Positions 45,921 to 56,384 of a stretch of DNA of 64,000 bases are shown piece after piece. The notes beneath the pieces are model-generated. The model was not told where the DNA came from. It saw nothing but the letters and a program-made list of their open reading frames with translations, and made no database searches. Source of the DNA: a virus. A program made the translations under genes and the position numbers. The stretch's first letter is position 1. Each line of letters starts with the position of its first letter. The stretch spans positions 96,001 to 160,000 of IMG/VR virus record IMGVR_UViG_3300043411_001575; one strand, given 5' to 3'.

Positions 45921-48521
45921 TTAAACTTTTCTGCCTACTACTAAATCTCCATTTGCTAAAATATTGGCTGCGGTATCTACATATAAATCGCCACTAGATA
46001 ATCCAGCATTTCCTGTTTGTAAAGACATGTTTATAATTCCACCTGATTTAATAGACATTCTTTCAGAACCCGTTGTAACAAAAGCTAAATCATGCGCTGA
46101 TGTCGTTCCAAATAATGCTCTTTGACCTATTACTGCTTGAACTAAATTGGTTACGTTGTCAGAAACTAATGTGCCTATTTCACCATTTAGTATTTGAACG
46201 TGAAATTTATAAGCAGGTAAAGCAACTCCTACTCCAACAAACCCATCATTCCTTACATAAAGCAAAGGAGAGGGTGCAGAGTTATCTACTTTTAATGCGT
46301 AGTTTGATGATGTTTCATCAACTCCTTTAACTTGTAATTTAGCTGATGCAGAATCAACCCCTATACCAACAGTATTATTTACCATTGATAAAATAGAGGT
46401 TGCAGTATCTATTGTTCCATTATAAAACCTCCAATATCCTAAATCAGCGTTTATAAATTGAAACCCTGCTACTCCTGTACCTAAATATAGACTTCCTGTA
46501 TTATTAGCTCCATAAGCAGTAAAGGCATTTACCGCAGAACCTTTAACCCCCATTGTAATACCCGTATTTCCTCCCGATAACCATTCGGTATGAACCATAG
46601 CATTAGTGGCATTTGATTCAACTCTTGATAATACTTGATAAGCCCCACCCGTTGTGTAAACGTGTAGTTTATTTTGTGGAGTACTTGTTCCTATACCTAC
46701 ATTTCCACCATTTGCTTGTAATGATAAATTAAGTATAGTAGCATTAGTTGATAATGCTTGAATGTTAGGCACATTAGTTCCTCCTAATTGAAATGCTAAA
46801 GTAGAATTTGTTGCATTTGGCGTTAATGCTTCACTATCAGCAATCCATAATTGTCTGTTATTACCTGTGTTTACGCCAAGAAGCATAGATATACCACCTG
46901 TACTTGAAGCAATACCTAAAAAATCAGCACCACTAAGTTTAAGGTGTTCTTGTGTAAAAGAGCTTTCCTCAAGTTGTAGTTTAGCTGTTGGAGATGTTGT
47001 TCCAATGCCGACATTGCCAAACTCGTTAATAACCATTTTTTCAGTTGGTGTTCCTGCGGTAGTTGTAAAGAACTTCAAAAAACCATCTTCACTTCCATTA
47101 GTGTTATCAACAATTCCACCACTTATAACCGCATACGTTTTTTGAGAGCCAACTGAATTATTTAAGTCAAAATTAATTGCATAACCATAAGTTAAATTTG
47201 GCTCATTTCTATGTAGAGTAAAAGTATTTGGGCTTAATCTTGCAAGTGTAGAACTACCATGATACCAAGTAAAATCATAAGCATTACTATCTGCTCTAAA
47301 GAATAATTCTGTTTGACCTGCTCCATTATAAGAAACACCCAATCCACTTCTTCCTATTCCATTATTATAAATAACTAATTTAGGATTAGCCCCATTTACA
47401 TTTGAATATTGCCCCCCTAAGTCTAATGATATTGGTGATACAACAGAAACAAAAGTATTGTTACCCATATAAGCATTACCATCATTTCTAACATAGAATA
47501 AAGGAGAAGAAGCAGAGTTATCTACCTTTAATGCGTAGTTAGAATTTGTTGCATCCTCTCCTCTAATTTGTAATGTAGAAGAAGCTGCAAAATATGTTGC
47601 TCCAATACCAAAGTATTTATTCGGCTGCAAGAACATATTGAAATTATCACCAAAAAATGTTCCACTCGTAACAGCTCCATTATTTATTTTAAAAGAAATT
47701 GATGGATTTGAACCTCCATTACTTATCATATTTAGAGCAGCATTTCCTGCTCTCATAGTGAAATTATTGCCATTATATGTAGCAAAACTATTATCGTCAA
47801 TAGAAAATACTTCTCCAATAGTATTAAAATTAACAGATAGTCCTTTTGCTCCTGTACTAACAGTATTTTGAAGTATATCTAATTTAGCAGAAGGAGTTTT
47901 ACCAACACCTAAATTACCTGCTGTACTAAGAGTCATGGTAGTCGAAGTACCATTATAGAATGTCAAATCATTGGCATAATCAAAAACAGAAGCCATAAAA
48001 ATAGTTCCTATTCTGTGAGTTGCATCTCCAATATTTGAGCCTGTTGTAACAGGAAGATAATCATTAGTTGAGTAATACCAAGTAGCATCTCCAATTACGC
48101 TGTTACCACCATCAGTCCAAAGAACAGCACGATTAGTCGTTCCACTTCCTGAAACATCACCGCCTGTTGAAGTGTCAATTTGAATCCAAGTTGAACCATT
48201 CCAATAATTGAAAAATGATGATGAGGTATTATAAATAAACAATCCATTAACGGGAGCTACAATTGCATCACGCTCCACAGTTGTCATTCGTGGACTTAAA
48301 AAACCTTGTGTAGTAGAGGTTAAGTCTAGTAAAGCAGAAGCATCAGGAGTAATAGTTCCTAAACCTGCTGAAATACCATTATCGAAAAACATACTGTTTC
48401 CAATATTTAATCCATCAGGAGTGAATTTACACAAATAATTTAGTGTACCACCACCTCCGATAGTACCTCCGCCTCCACCTCCGCCTGCGCCACTAAATCC
48501 AAATGATGTATTTCCAAACAT
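45921..48521 (-). CDS. long fibre / receptor-binding-like protein
   Basis: repeated GNVGIGTTSP-type motifs; duplicated NYALKVDNSAxSPLxYVRNDG. Confidence 0.72.
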   Translation of the reverse strand: MFGNTSFGFSGAGGGGGGGTIGGGGTLNYLCKFTPDGLNIGNSMFFDNGISAGLGTITPDASALLDLTSTTQGFLSPRMTTVERDAIVAPVNGLFIYNTSSSFFNYWNGSTWIQIDTSTGGDVSGSGTTNRAVLWTDGGNSVIGDATWYYSTNDYLPVTTGSNIGDATHRIGTIFMASVFDYANDLTFYNGTSTTMTLSTAGNLGVGKTPSAKLDILQNTVSTGAKGLSVNFNTIGEVFSIDDNSFATYNGNNFTMRAGNAALNMISNGGSNPSISFKINNGAVTSGTFFGDNFNMFLQPNKYFGIGATYFAASSTLQIRGEDATNSNYALKVDNSASSPLFYVRNDGNAYMGNNTFVSVVSPISLDLGGQYSNVNGANPKLVIYNNGIGRSGLGVSYNGAGQTELFFRADSNAYDFTWYHGSSTLARLSPNTFTLHRNEPNLTYGYAINFDLNNSVGSQKTYAVISGGIVDNTNGSEDGFLKFFTTTAGTPTEKMVINEFGNVGIGTTSPTAKLQLEESSFTQEHLKLSGADFLGIASSTGGISMLLGVNTGNNRQLWIADSEALTPNATNSTLAFQLGGTNVPNIQALSTNATILNLSLQANGGNVGIGTSTPQNKLHVYTTGGAYQVLSRVESNATNAMVHTEWLSGGNTGITMGVKGSAVNAFTAYGANNTGSLYLGTGVAGFQFINADLGYWRFYNGTIDTATSILSMVNNTVGIGVDSASAKLQVKGVDETSSNYALKVDNSAPSPLLYVRNDGFVGVGVALPAYKFHVQILNGEIGTLVSDNVTNLVQAVIGQRALFGTTSAHDLAFVTTGSERMSIKSGGIINMSLQTGNAGLSSGDLYVDTAANILANGDLVVGRKV

Positions 48522-48538
48522 TGATTATTGTTTTATAA

Positions 48539-48802
48539 TTATCTACCAACTATAATTAAAGCCTCACCTGCTGATGCATCAATAACATATCCATCAATAG
48601 GAAATTGAAATGATACATTAAGAGGAGTGCCACTAGATAGAGTTATAGGGTCACTTGTTCTCGCTCCTAAACTTAAACTACCACTAACAGTTACAGTTCC
48701 GCTAACTAGTAAAACAGATACACTAGTAACACCCATACTTGCTACTATTGTCAAAGTATCTGCTGATAATACGTATGTACCTACGTTTTCTGTGAATGCC
48801 AT
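48539..48802 (-). CDS. hypothetical structural protein
   Basis: beta-rich ORF. Confidence 0.6.
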   Translation of the reverse strand: MAFTENVGTYVLSADTLTIVASMGVTSVSVLLVSGTVTVSGSLSLGARTSDPITLSSGTPLNVSFQFPIDGYVIDASAGEALIIVGR

Positions 48803-48813
48803 TTTATTTTATT

Positions 48814-49203
48814 TTAACTAATTAATTCTTCTATTTTAACCTCTCTAATTGGAGTGTCATTATTATACAAATATAATCTTGGATTAAAATCATCGCTTGT
48901 AGTATAAAACCTTCCATTCACAGTGTTTTCATCAATATTCTCTTTTTTAGCAAAATTAGCTAACGCATTACCTAAATACGTATTAACTAAAGGTGCTTGA
49001 ATTGGATTAAGACCAAGTAAATCTTTTAAACTCACTTCACTAACCGAATCCATTTTTTGCATTACATCACATTTTACTGTGCTTGCAATAAATCCTTTTT
49101 TTCGAGATATACGAACACGAACTTCTTTTGTTGGTATTCCATTACTCTCAGCGCAACTTTTTAAAGCTGACTGAATTTTACTTACAATTTCTGCTGTTTC
49201 CAT
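48814..49203 (-). CDS. hypothetical protein
   Basis: ORF. Confidence 0.65.
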   Translation of the reverse strand: METAEIVSKIQSALKSCAESNGIPTKEVRVRISRKKGFIASTVKCDVMQKMDSVSEVSLKDLLGLNPIQAPLVNTYLGNALANFAKKENIDENTVNGRFYTTSDDFNPRLYLYNNDTPIREVKIEELIS

Positions 49204-49279
49204 TGTGTTTTTATTTTTTTGCTGTTAAGGTTCAAAAATAATAAAAATAATGGTTACTTATAAAAAAAAGACACTCAAC

Positions 49280-49810
49280 TTATGTAACATTTTCAACATC
49301 TTTATTTGTGCTACTAGTTACATCAGCTAAAGTAAAAGGAAGTTCAAATGGATATTTTTTCATATTTACAATTCCTGCCTTTATGTTCAATTTTCCTTTT
49401 ATAAGGATTTTAACATTTTTCTGATTATTAAGTAAATCTGAAATATTAGCTATACCTGCTTTTACTACATCTTTTGGGTCTAAATTAACATAGAATGGTA
49501 TTTTAGAAACTGAGTTAGACTTAATCTTAACATCCTCATCGTTTGTTATTTTAGAAACAAATTTTCCATTTACAAATACATCATAATTTTGTCCTGATAT
49601 AATTACACTTAAATCACCTTTATTATCTACATTATAGAATAAAGTAAAGCTAATTTTATCTAAAGCTACCTTTAGATTTTTAACTCCACCCATTGCCCAT
49701 TTAGCATTATAAATGTAGTCGAATTGTTTTTTTAGATAAAGTCCTACTACTCCTAAAACAAGTGTAACTCCACCTGCTATTCCCCATTTTTGTCCTTTTG
49801 TTAGTGTCAT
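49280..49810 (-). CDS. membrane-anchored LEA_2-like protein
   Basis: N-terminal TM; VDN..YDVFVNGKFV..IKSNSVSKIPF pattern. Confidence 0.6.
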   Translation of the reverse strand: MTLTKGQKWGIAGGVTLVLGVVGLYLKKQFDYIYNAKWAMGGVKNLKVALDKISFTLFYNVDNKGDLSVIISGQNYDVFVNGKFVSKITNDEDVKIKSNSVSKIPFYVNLDPKDVVKAGIANISDLLNNQKNVKILIKGKLNIKAGIVNMKKYPFELPFTLADVTSSTNKDVENVT

Positions 49811-49839
49811 TTTGTTATTATTTTTAATACTTATTTATT

Positions 49840-50505
49840 TTAAATCAAGATGTCTAGTATCGAATTAACTCCAATTAGCTTCTTTATATAGTTTGCTGTT
49901 TCAGTTGGAACTAACTTGATTAATTCATTTGTTGAACCTTTGAATGGAATTATTTTCTTTGATGATTTACTAAATCTACCACCGTTATAAACAGCAATCA
50001 CCTTATCTAATCTAACCTTACCATTTTCAACAAATTCATCACATAATTGCTTCAGCAATATGCTCCCCACCAAAATGCTAAAACTTGGATTTAAAAGGTC
50101 TGATTTCGTTATAAATGTCTTACCTAATGATTTCTGTTTAGGCTTAACTTTTTCAATTATTGAATACCTATTACCTAAATATTTTTTCAGTAAGTCTTGC
50201 TCAGGTTTATCTAATCTACCTGCACCTTTTTCGAAAATAAGAGCATCCGAAGCCGTTGCGGGTGAAAGTTGCATGATTCCTATTGCGTATGGTGATTGAG
50301 CGTCCCACTTACCTGCCGACTCCACGAACATAACACCTTCAATTAATTCTGAAGGTAAGCCAACTATACTTCCAATATAATTAATTGTTTTCCCATACTT
50401 AGGTCTAATGAAATTTACTATTTTTTCTTCATTAGCTTTAGCGGAATCATCATCATAAAATGATTGTGATATAGCAGGTATTTTTATATTAAGCGTAGAA
50501 GCCAT
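49840..50505 (-). CDS. lytic transglycosylase (SLT family)
   Basis: VESAG, AIGIMQL, YNGG, ETANYI. Confidence 0.85.
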   Translation of the reverse strand: MASTLNIKIPAISQSFYDDDSAKANEEKIVNFIRPKYGKTINYIGSIVGLPSELIEGVMFVESAGKWDAQSPYAIGIMQLSPATASDALIFEKGAGRLDKPEQDLLKKYLGNRYSIIEKVKPKQKSLGKTFITKSDLLNPSFSILVGSILLKQLCDEFVENGKVRLDKVIAVYNGGRFSKSSKKIIPFKGSTNELIKLVPTETANYIKKLIGVNSILDILI

Positions 50506-50519
50506 TTTGTTTTATTTTT

Positions 50520-50756
50520 TTAATCTTCTCTTGTAAAAACTATTTTATTTTTTTTTGAATCAGCGTCAACTTTACCTTCTCCAACTAAATCATCTTCTAC
50601 TGCAAAATACCCTAATGCTGCTCCTGCTATTAAACCAATAACTGAAGAAACAATATTGTTTGCGGAAGGTCTCCTAAAAATAAATTTAGAAATAGAGTAT
50701 CCAACAAGAGTTCCTGTTGCTCCAAATCCTAATGCGTATTTAACTTTTTTATTCAT
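50520..50756 (-). CDS. small membrane protein
   Basis: two Gly-rich hydrophobic segments. Confidence 0.6.
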   Translation of the reverse strand: MNKKVKYALGFGATGTLVGYSISKFIFRRPSANNIVSSVIGLIAGAALGYFAVEDDLVGEGKVDADSKKNKIVFTRED

Positions 50757-50758
50757 GA

Positions 50759-51193
50759 TTAGCTTAATTTTTTATTTAATAATAAAATTGAGGCTGAAAT
50801 TAACACTACTCCTAATGAAGCTATAGCTATGTATTTACCTAGTTTGTTTTCTTTTTTAATAACTCTTTTCGAAACAATTGGTACATCAGCTAATATAGTT
50901 TGAGCATCTTCTTTTAGAGTTTTTTTAATGGCTCTTATAGGCATACCCATACCTGTTAAATCAATAGGAACTACAGATTTCGCAGGGAAAATATTTTTAT
51001 TATATCCAACCATAGTGATGGTTATATAATCAGAATCTTGAACTCCATCAAGAATCCATTTTCCTTTTTCATCTGACTGAGTATTTTTAGAACCTGATAA
51101 TGGCTTTCCATTTGCATCAGATGTGTAGATGGTAGCAAACTCAATTGGCTTGTTACTTGAATCTACTAATTGACCCATTACTTTATATCCCAT
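50759..51193 (-). CDS. carboxypeptidase-regulatory-like domain protein with C-terminal TM
   Basis: GQLVDS..PIEFATI..TQSDEKG..VGY. Confidence 0.65.
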   Translation of the reverse strand: MGYKVMGQLVDSSNKPIEFATIYTSDANGKPLSGSKNTQSDEKGKWILDGVQDSDYITITMVGYNKNIFPAKSVVPIDLTGMGMPIRAIKKTLKEDAQTILADVPIVSKRVIKKENKLGKYIAIASLGVVLISASILLLNKKLS

Positions 51194-51513
51194 TATTTTA
51201 ATTTATTAAGAAATTCTCTTACTTTTATTTTCTCTGATGCAGTTAGAGACTTTTCTGAACTTTCGCCTTTGCTAAGCATCGACATAAATTCATTATGACT
51301 TTTTCTGTTGAATTTATCTAAATATTTTTTCTTAACTAAAGCTAGTCTATCAACAGAAATATCAAAAATATCCTGTCCTTTATTTTTAGACAAACTTACA
51401 AGCGCATCAAAATCTGAATCAGAAAGTTTATTATCTTTTTTATAGATGTATATTCCAACACCTATACCTAATGCAGCTAATACAGTAACCCCTAATAATA
51501 ATCCTTTTTTCAT
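51193..51513 (-). CDS. small membrane-anchored protein
   Basis: N-terminal TM. Confidence 0.65.
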   Translation of the reverse strand: MKKGLLLGVTVLAALGIGVGIYIYKKDNKLSDSDFDALVSLSKNKGQDIFDISVDRLALVKKKYLDKFNRKSHNEFMSMLSKGESSEKSLTASEKIKVREFLNKLK

Positions 51514-51543
51514 TTTATTTTTTTTTAATTTCTTATGAAATTT

Positions 51544-51993
51544 TTATTTTGTAAAAAAACCATCAAATCCACTATCAAGATTTTCCATATTTGATAAATC
51601 ACTTCCATCAAATGCAGTTATAGTTTGAACTTTGTTTTTATTATTTGAAACTTCACGAACAGGTAAAACATCAAATCCAATACTAAGGGCATCAATATAT
51701 TTTCTATCTCCACTTAAAGGATTAACTAAAACCCAATATTCACGTTCAATAGTTTGAACACCTCCTGTTCTATCAGGACGTATTACATTAATTTTAGATG
51801 TATTATCTTTAATAATAAAAGAATTACCTATGTTTACAGGAACATTTATTCCGTTTAATTCGTCTAAATAGCCATCTGATTTAACCGAAAAAACATATGT
51901 TTGTTGCGGTAAAACTTGTTGACCTGTACGTGGGTCAACTCTCGGTCTATTGAACACTAATCTTTTCATATGTTTATTTTTTAGGTGGAACAA
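51544..51993 (-). CDS. hypothetical protein
   Basis: ORF in late cluster. Confidence 0.6.
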   Translation of the reverse strand: MFHLKNKHMKRLVFNRPRVDPRTGQQVLPQQTYVFSVKSDGYLDELNGINVPVNIGNSFIIKDNTSKINVIRPDRTGGVQTIEREYWVLVNPLSGDRKYIDALSIGFDVLPVREVSNNKNKVQTITAFDGSDLSNMENLDSGFDGFFTK

Positions 51994-52528
51994 TTTTTAC
52001 AGATGCAGCAGCTACCAATGTACCTATAAATGAGAATAACAATGCGTATCCAATATAACCTTTAACACTTGATTTTTTATAGTGAGCAAATCCTAAACCT
52101 GCTACAAAACCAATAGGAGATAATACTTTTGCTCTATCTGAAAAAGATTTCAATTTACCCATTGCGCTTTCTAATGATTTAGGCAGTTCTATTGTTGCAT
52201 TTGTATTTACATCAGATTGTTTTATAGCATCAGAAGGAGCGATAAGCATCTGTGGTTTACCTCCAATAAATCCTTTTGGAATCCAATTCATGTACATTCC
52301 GTTGTCTGCAATTAACTTATTATTTTCTTTACTAACAATATTAATAGAACGATAATCCTTACCATCATTTCTGTTAGTAACTTTATCACGTAAATTAACT
52401 CCATAATTAGGCGCAAAAATAATTGTTGAAGGAACAATGAAGTCCTCTATTTTATCAGGAAATAAATACCCTTTTATTTCTTTACCTTCAGCTTGTGCCG
52501 TACCTTTTATAGTAATTAATTCTGCCAT
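51974..52528 (-). CDS. membrane protein
   Basis: two C-terminal TM segments. Confidence 0.65.
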   Translation of the reverse strand: MAELITIKGTAQAEGKEIKGYLFPDKIEDFIVPSTIIFAPNYGVNLRDKVTNRNDGKDYRSINIVSKENNKLIADNGMYMNWIPKGFIGGKPQMLIAPSDAIKQSDVNTNATIELPKSLESAMGKLKSFSDRAKVLSPIGFVAGLGFAHYKKSSVKGYIGYALLFSFIGTLVAAASVKIVPPKK

Positions 52529-52548
52529 TTTTTTTTAAATTATATTAT

Positions 52549-53136
52549 TTATTTTTTTGATTTACTTAAATTACCTGAAACACTTACTCTATCATAATCT
52601 ATGATAATCGTAACTGTTGTTTTTGGTTGAATAACGTAATCTAAAAAGCAAGTACCATCTAATATTAAATTATTCGGTCTAATCTCGGTCATTTTAGATT
52701 GAAACTGCATAGTTGACATCATTGGTATATACTCTTCAGTAGCAGAATTTCCTGATGCATCCTTACAAGTCTTTACAAACATTTGATTTGTTTGAGACAC
52801 TGCGTTTACTCCATTAGCTATTACTTTTATTGTTTTAACTTTCTTAGGTTCTCTAGGAAGAGTTTGATTAAAGTAAGGTAAGTTTGTATTTGATAAACTA
52901 GAATAATTACCTCCACCATAAGTATCAAACAATCTTATTTGAACAGCATTTGATGAATTATTTTTAAATGCAAATTGGGTTAAAGAAGCCTTGCCAAAAT
53001 TATCCAACATGTCTTCAACAAAGTTAGACTTATCTTCTTGCTCTTTATTTTTTCTGTATTTTTTTACACCAATAACAACTAATGTAGCTGCTAAAACAAC
53101 ACCACATGCTAATAATATTTTATTGTTTTTTGTCAT
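52549..53136 (-). CDS. membrane-anchored beta-rich protein
   Basis: N-terminal TM, then predicted beta-strand-rich domain. Confidence 0.6.
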   Translation of the reverse strand: MTKNNKILLACGVVLAATLVVIGVKKYRKNKEQEDKSNFVEDMLDNFGKASLTQFAFKNNSSNAVQIRLFDTYGGGNYSSLSNTNLPYFNQTLPREPKKVKTIKVIANGVNAVSQTNQMFVKTCKDASGNSATEEYIPMMSTMQFQSKMTEIRPNNLILDGTCFLDYVIQPKTTVTIIIDYDRVSVSGNLSKSKK

Positions 53137-53142
53137 TTCTTA

Positions 53143-53865
53143 TTATGCTAATTTAAATTTTGTGTTTTTATTAATAAATCCGAAATAAACTATCCCTGCA
53201 ATTCCTAAACTAATTAATAGAATCGGAATAACATGGCTATCTTTCACTCCTTGTTCCACTTCATTAGCAGTAATTTCAGCAGCGTTTTTTAATTGGTCTA
53301 TAATTCCTGCGATTTTATTTCCGCCTTGTCTTACTAAACTACTATCACTTTTTATTCTACTATCTAAAGCAACTCTAACTAGTTCGTTTTTATTAGCAAT
53401 ACCTTTTGAAACAGCTTCATTAAAATCATTTGCAAATCTTTGAAACCATCCTGAACCATTCCATGTAGCATAAATAAAATTAAATAAAAGCCTATCATCA
53501 GATTCAATTATTTTTCTTGATTCAGAAGACAGGTATCTATTTGCTAATTTATCATATTGTTCATACATAACATCAGCAGCACCTAATTTTAATTTATCTT
53601 CATATTGCCCACCTTTGTAATTCCACTTCCAATTTTTTCTAGCTCCAACCAAATCTATGGCTTTCCAAAATCTAATTCCTGAAGGAGATGTGTTCAAGCT
53701 ACCACCATTTTTTCTATCAATACCAAACATGGTTTCACCGCTACTTGCATATCGATTATCTTTAACTCTTCCATCTTTCAACATATCAGGATGGTAGTAT
53801 CCACCCTCAATATTATCTATAATGAAATTAGTTATCTTTATATATCTTTCCTTATTTATTGACAT
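53143..53865 (-). CDS. GH108-like lysozyme with C-terminal TM
   Basis: IEGGYY..GETMFGID. Confidence 0.6.
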   Translation of the reverse strand: MSINKERYIKITNFIIDNIEGGYYHPDMLKDGRVKDNRYASSGETMFGIDRKNGGSLNTSPSGIRFWKAIDLVGARKNWKWNYKGGQYEDKLKLGAADVMYEQYDKLANRYLSSESRKIIESDDRLLFNFIYATWNGSGWFQRFANDFNEAVSKGIANKNELVRVALDSRIKSDSSLVRQGGNKIAGIIDQLKNAAEITANEVEQGVKDSHVIPILLISLGIAGIVYFGFINKNTKFKLA

Positions 53866-54254
53866 TATTTATTATCAAAAATATTATGCATCAATTTTAG
53901 AAAATTAGTATTTTTCTCTTCGTTATTTTTAGCTAAACCATTTTTAGCTGTTTCGTAAACAATCTTTAGTTCATCAAGCGTTATTAATTCAGAAAGATTT
54001 TCAATCTGTTTTAAAAGTCTTAAATCATATCCAAAAGGTGTTGGATATTCAACATATTTAACACCTTCATGAAATTCATCGAAATTATTAATTTCCTTAT
54101 ATTTTTCACGCATTGAGTTTATGAATTTCTGATTCTCACTTAATGCTTCTTCTTCTTTTTTCTTTAACCTATAGGAAGAGACAGCGGCATTTGTAGCAAG
54201 TGAAAGTCCTAATCCAACAATTAAAAAAAATACTATTTTAGTTCCCTTTGTCAT
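53865..54254 (-). CDS. membrane-anchored protein
   Basis: N-terminal TM. Confidence 0.65.
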   Translation of the reverse strand: MTKGTKIVFFLIVGLGLSLATNAAVSSYRLKKKEEEALSENQKFINSMREKYKEINNFDEFHEGVKYVEYPTPFGYDLRLLKQIENLSELITLDELKIVYETAKNGLAKNNEEKNTNFLKLMHNIFDNK

Positions 54255-54625
54255 TAAATCTTTTTTAAATCTTCAAATAATTTTTCAATTTCTTTTTCCT
54301 TAATCGCTTTCAAACCTTTTTCTGAAATAACAGAAATATTAATTTCATTCTTTTTTTCATTTGGAATAGTAGCCATAAAGTAGTCGTAAAATGGATTAAA
54401 ATCATCAGTTTTCATTGATGATAAAGTTTTTTTCCAATTGCTAATTAACTCTTCGTTTCCACCTTCTAATTTTGTTTTATCAGATAATATTTTTTTAGTT
54501 ACTTCATCTAAAATTTTCTTTTCTTTATTTTTTCGTAATAGATAAATAGTACCAAAGTACCCAACGGATATTACTGATGGAACTAAAACGGCAATCAATA
54601 TGTTTTTAACTAAAGTCTTATTCAC
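54254..54625 (-). CDS. membrane-anchored protein
   Basis: N-terminal TM. Confidence 0.65.
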   Translation of the reverse strand: MNKTLVKNILIAVLVPSVISVGYFGTIYLLRKNKEKKILDEVTKKILSDKTKLEGGNEELISNWKKTLSSMKTDDFNPFYDYFMATIPNEKKNEINISVISEKGLKAIKEKEIEKLFEDLKKI

Positions 54626-54635
54626 TATTTATATA

Positions 54636-55187
54636 TTATTTGAAACGGTATTGAGGCATTGTTTTTAAAATATTAGCTAGTCTATCTACTAATAGAATAG
54701 AACCTCCTTGACTTGTAGTTAAAATTCCAATAGAGCCTTTTCTAAAAGCAGATTCTTCAAATATATCCTGCATTAAATTTCTTGTTGTTAATTTAACATA
54801 AGCTAAGTTGACCATTTGCCACTCTAAAACACTCCCTATTTTATTAAGAGTATTATAAAAAGAATCTGTATCTGTTCCTACTCTTTCAATTGCCTTTCTA
54901 AAATCACTTGCTAACTGAACGGTTATTTTACCCCAATCTTCTTTTTTATTATTAAAAATTTTAACTCCTTTTGGAAGTGGATTTGTTTTAGTATCTAATA
55001 AGTTTTTTTTGTATAAATTTTCTATAATATTTACATCTCCACTATTTTCAGTTTTAAATTCTTCTATTTTCTCAAGAATAAAATCAACCTCTGCGCTCTT
55101 TTTAGCTCTATTATATAGAATAAAAATAGTTGTACCTGTAACAATAATACCACCAATTATTAATAATTTATTATCTTTTAAGTTCAT
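54636..55187 (-). CDS. membrane-anchored protein with annexin-like motif
   Basis: N-terminal TM; AIERVGTDTD..Y..NLMQDI resembles the annexin repeat GxGTDE. Confidence 0.55.
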   Translation of the reverse strand: MNLKDNKLLIIGGIIVTGTTIFILYNRAKKSAEVDFILEKIEEFKTENSGDVNIIENLYKKNLLDTKTNPLPKGVKIFNNKKEDWGKITVQLASDFRKAIERVGTDTDSFYNTLNKIGSVLEWQMVNLAYVKLTTRNLMQDIFEESAFRKGSIGILTTSQGGSILLVDRLANILKTMPQYRFK

Positions 55188-55588
55188 TTTTTTATCCCTC
55201 CCCCGACTAAAGCATTTGGATTTTTCGCTACATTATAAACAAGAAGTCCTAAGCCTAAAATTAATATTCCTCCAACTGCAAAAGCAGCATATTTTCCAAT
55301 TTTCATGATATTACCAAAAGAATCTGAAATACCTCCACCTAAGTCAGCTATTTCATTTAGAACACCTTCTGATATATTAATACCATCTTCAGAAAGAACC
55401 TTTCTTAATTGATAAGTATTAGCATCTTTACTTCCACGTTTTCTCCATGCAGCCATGAATATACGAGCAGAATCTTGTCTTCCATATCTGCCATTTATTT
55501 TGTCGTACCAATTAATCCACTCAAAATCTTTTGATTTGAAATTTGGCATTGACAAAAGAAGCTTAACATTTTTTTCTTTAATGTTCAT
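55184..55588 (-). CDS. membrane protein
   Basis: C-terminal TM. Confidence 0.65.
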   Translation of the reverse strand: MNIKEKNVKLLLSMPNFKSKDFEWINWYDKINGRYGRQDSARIFMAAWRKRGSKDANTYQLRKVLSEDGINISEGVLNEIADLGGGISDSFGNIMKIGKYAAFAVGGILILGLGLLVYNVAKNPNALVGGGIKK

Positions 55589-55589
55589 C

Positions 55590-56381
55590 TTAAATAATTT
55601 TATAGTAAGGCTTTAAAAAACACTTACGTAATTTTAGAGTTCCGACAACTTCTTCGTACTTGGCTTTTCTTTGAAGTATTTGCTCAAAGTGCGATTCATG
55701 AATTTCGTTGCCGACTAAATGTTGTCTTAAAATACTTTCCTGATTATTACTATTATCATAGTCAGGTAAAATCAAATCTCCTGATGGATTAGGCTCTTCA
55801 GTTTTAACTTGTTCAGTTGATTGAACCTGAGTATTAACTAAATTTTCCTGACCAACAGAAGGTACATCTTGAGTAGAAGGAACAGTTCTAATTGGAGCTG
55901 TTGTTTTAAAATACTCTTGACTTAAAAGTTCGCTTCCTTGCAGGCTGCCTCCATCTGATTTCTTCTCATAATTTTCAATATTTTGAAGTTCAAAAAGAGG
56001 CATACCTTTATTGGAATCGGTAAAGAATAAAGTATAATCTTGAGACCCTTCAATTTTTATATTTTCGGGACTAGCTTTATCTGTTAGAATTCCTTGTTGC
56101 TTAAGAACATCAATGATTTTATCATTTTTAGTTCCAAAAGGAAATTCAATAAGTTTTTCAGAAGAAAAAATTTGATTTACATAAAATCCACTATCATTGC
56201 TTCCATGAATGTCATAAGTTACTAACCTACAACTTACATTTTCAACAACATTACCTCCATCAGCAAGTTTTTTACTACCACTAACTTCTTTTTTTGAATT
56301 TTTCATAAATCGATTACCTGCGGGTTTAACAACCTGCTTGTCATTTATTTTTTTCTTCTTACTATCCTTATTTTCAGACAT
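55590..56381 (-). CDS. modular protein with DGG linkers
   Basis: LADGG, KSDGG; C-terminus similar to that of 56729-61699. Confidence 0.7.
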   Translation of the reverse strand: MSENKDSKKKKINDKQVVKPAGNRFMKNSKKEVSGSKKLADGGNVVENVSCRLVTYDIHGSNDSGFYVNQIFSSEKLIEFPFGTKNDKIIDVLKQQGILTDKASPENIKIEGSQDYTLFFTDSNKGMPLFELQNIENYEKKSDGGSLQGSELLSQEYFKTTAPIRTVPSTQDVPSVGQENLVNTQVQSTEQVKTEEPNPSGDLILPDYDNSNNQESILRQHLVGNEIHESHFEQILQRKAKYEEVVGTLKLRKCFLKPYYKII

Positions 56382-56384
56382 AGA

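Noticed and set aside
44991-48529. Diversity-generating retroelement TR/VR pair
   Set aside because: The repeat is N-terminal, differences are not adenine-specific, and no reverse transcriptase is in the window
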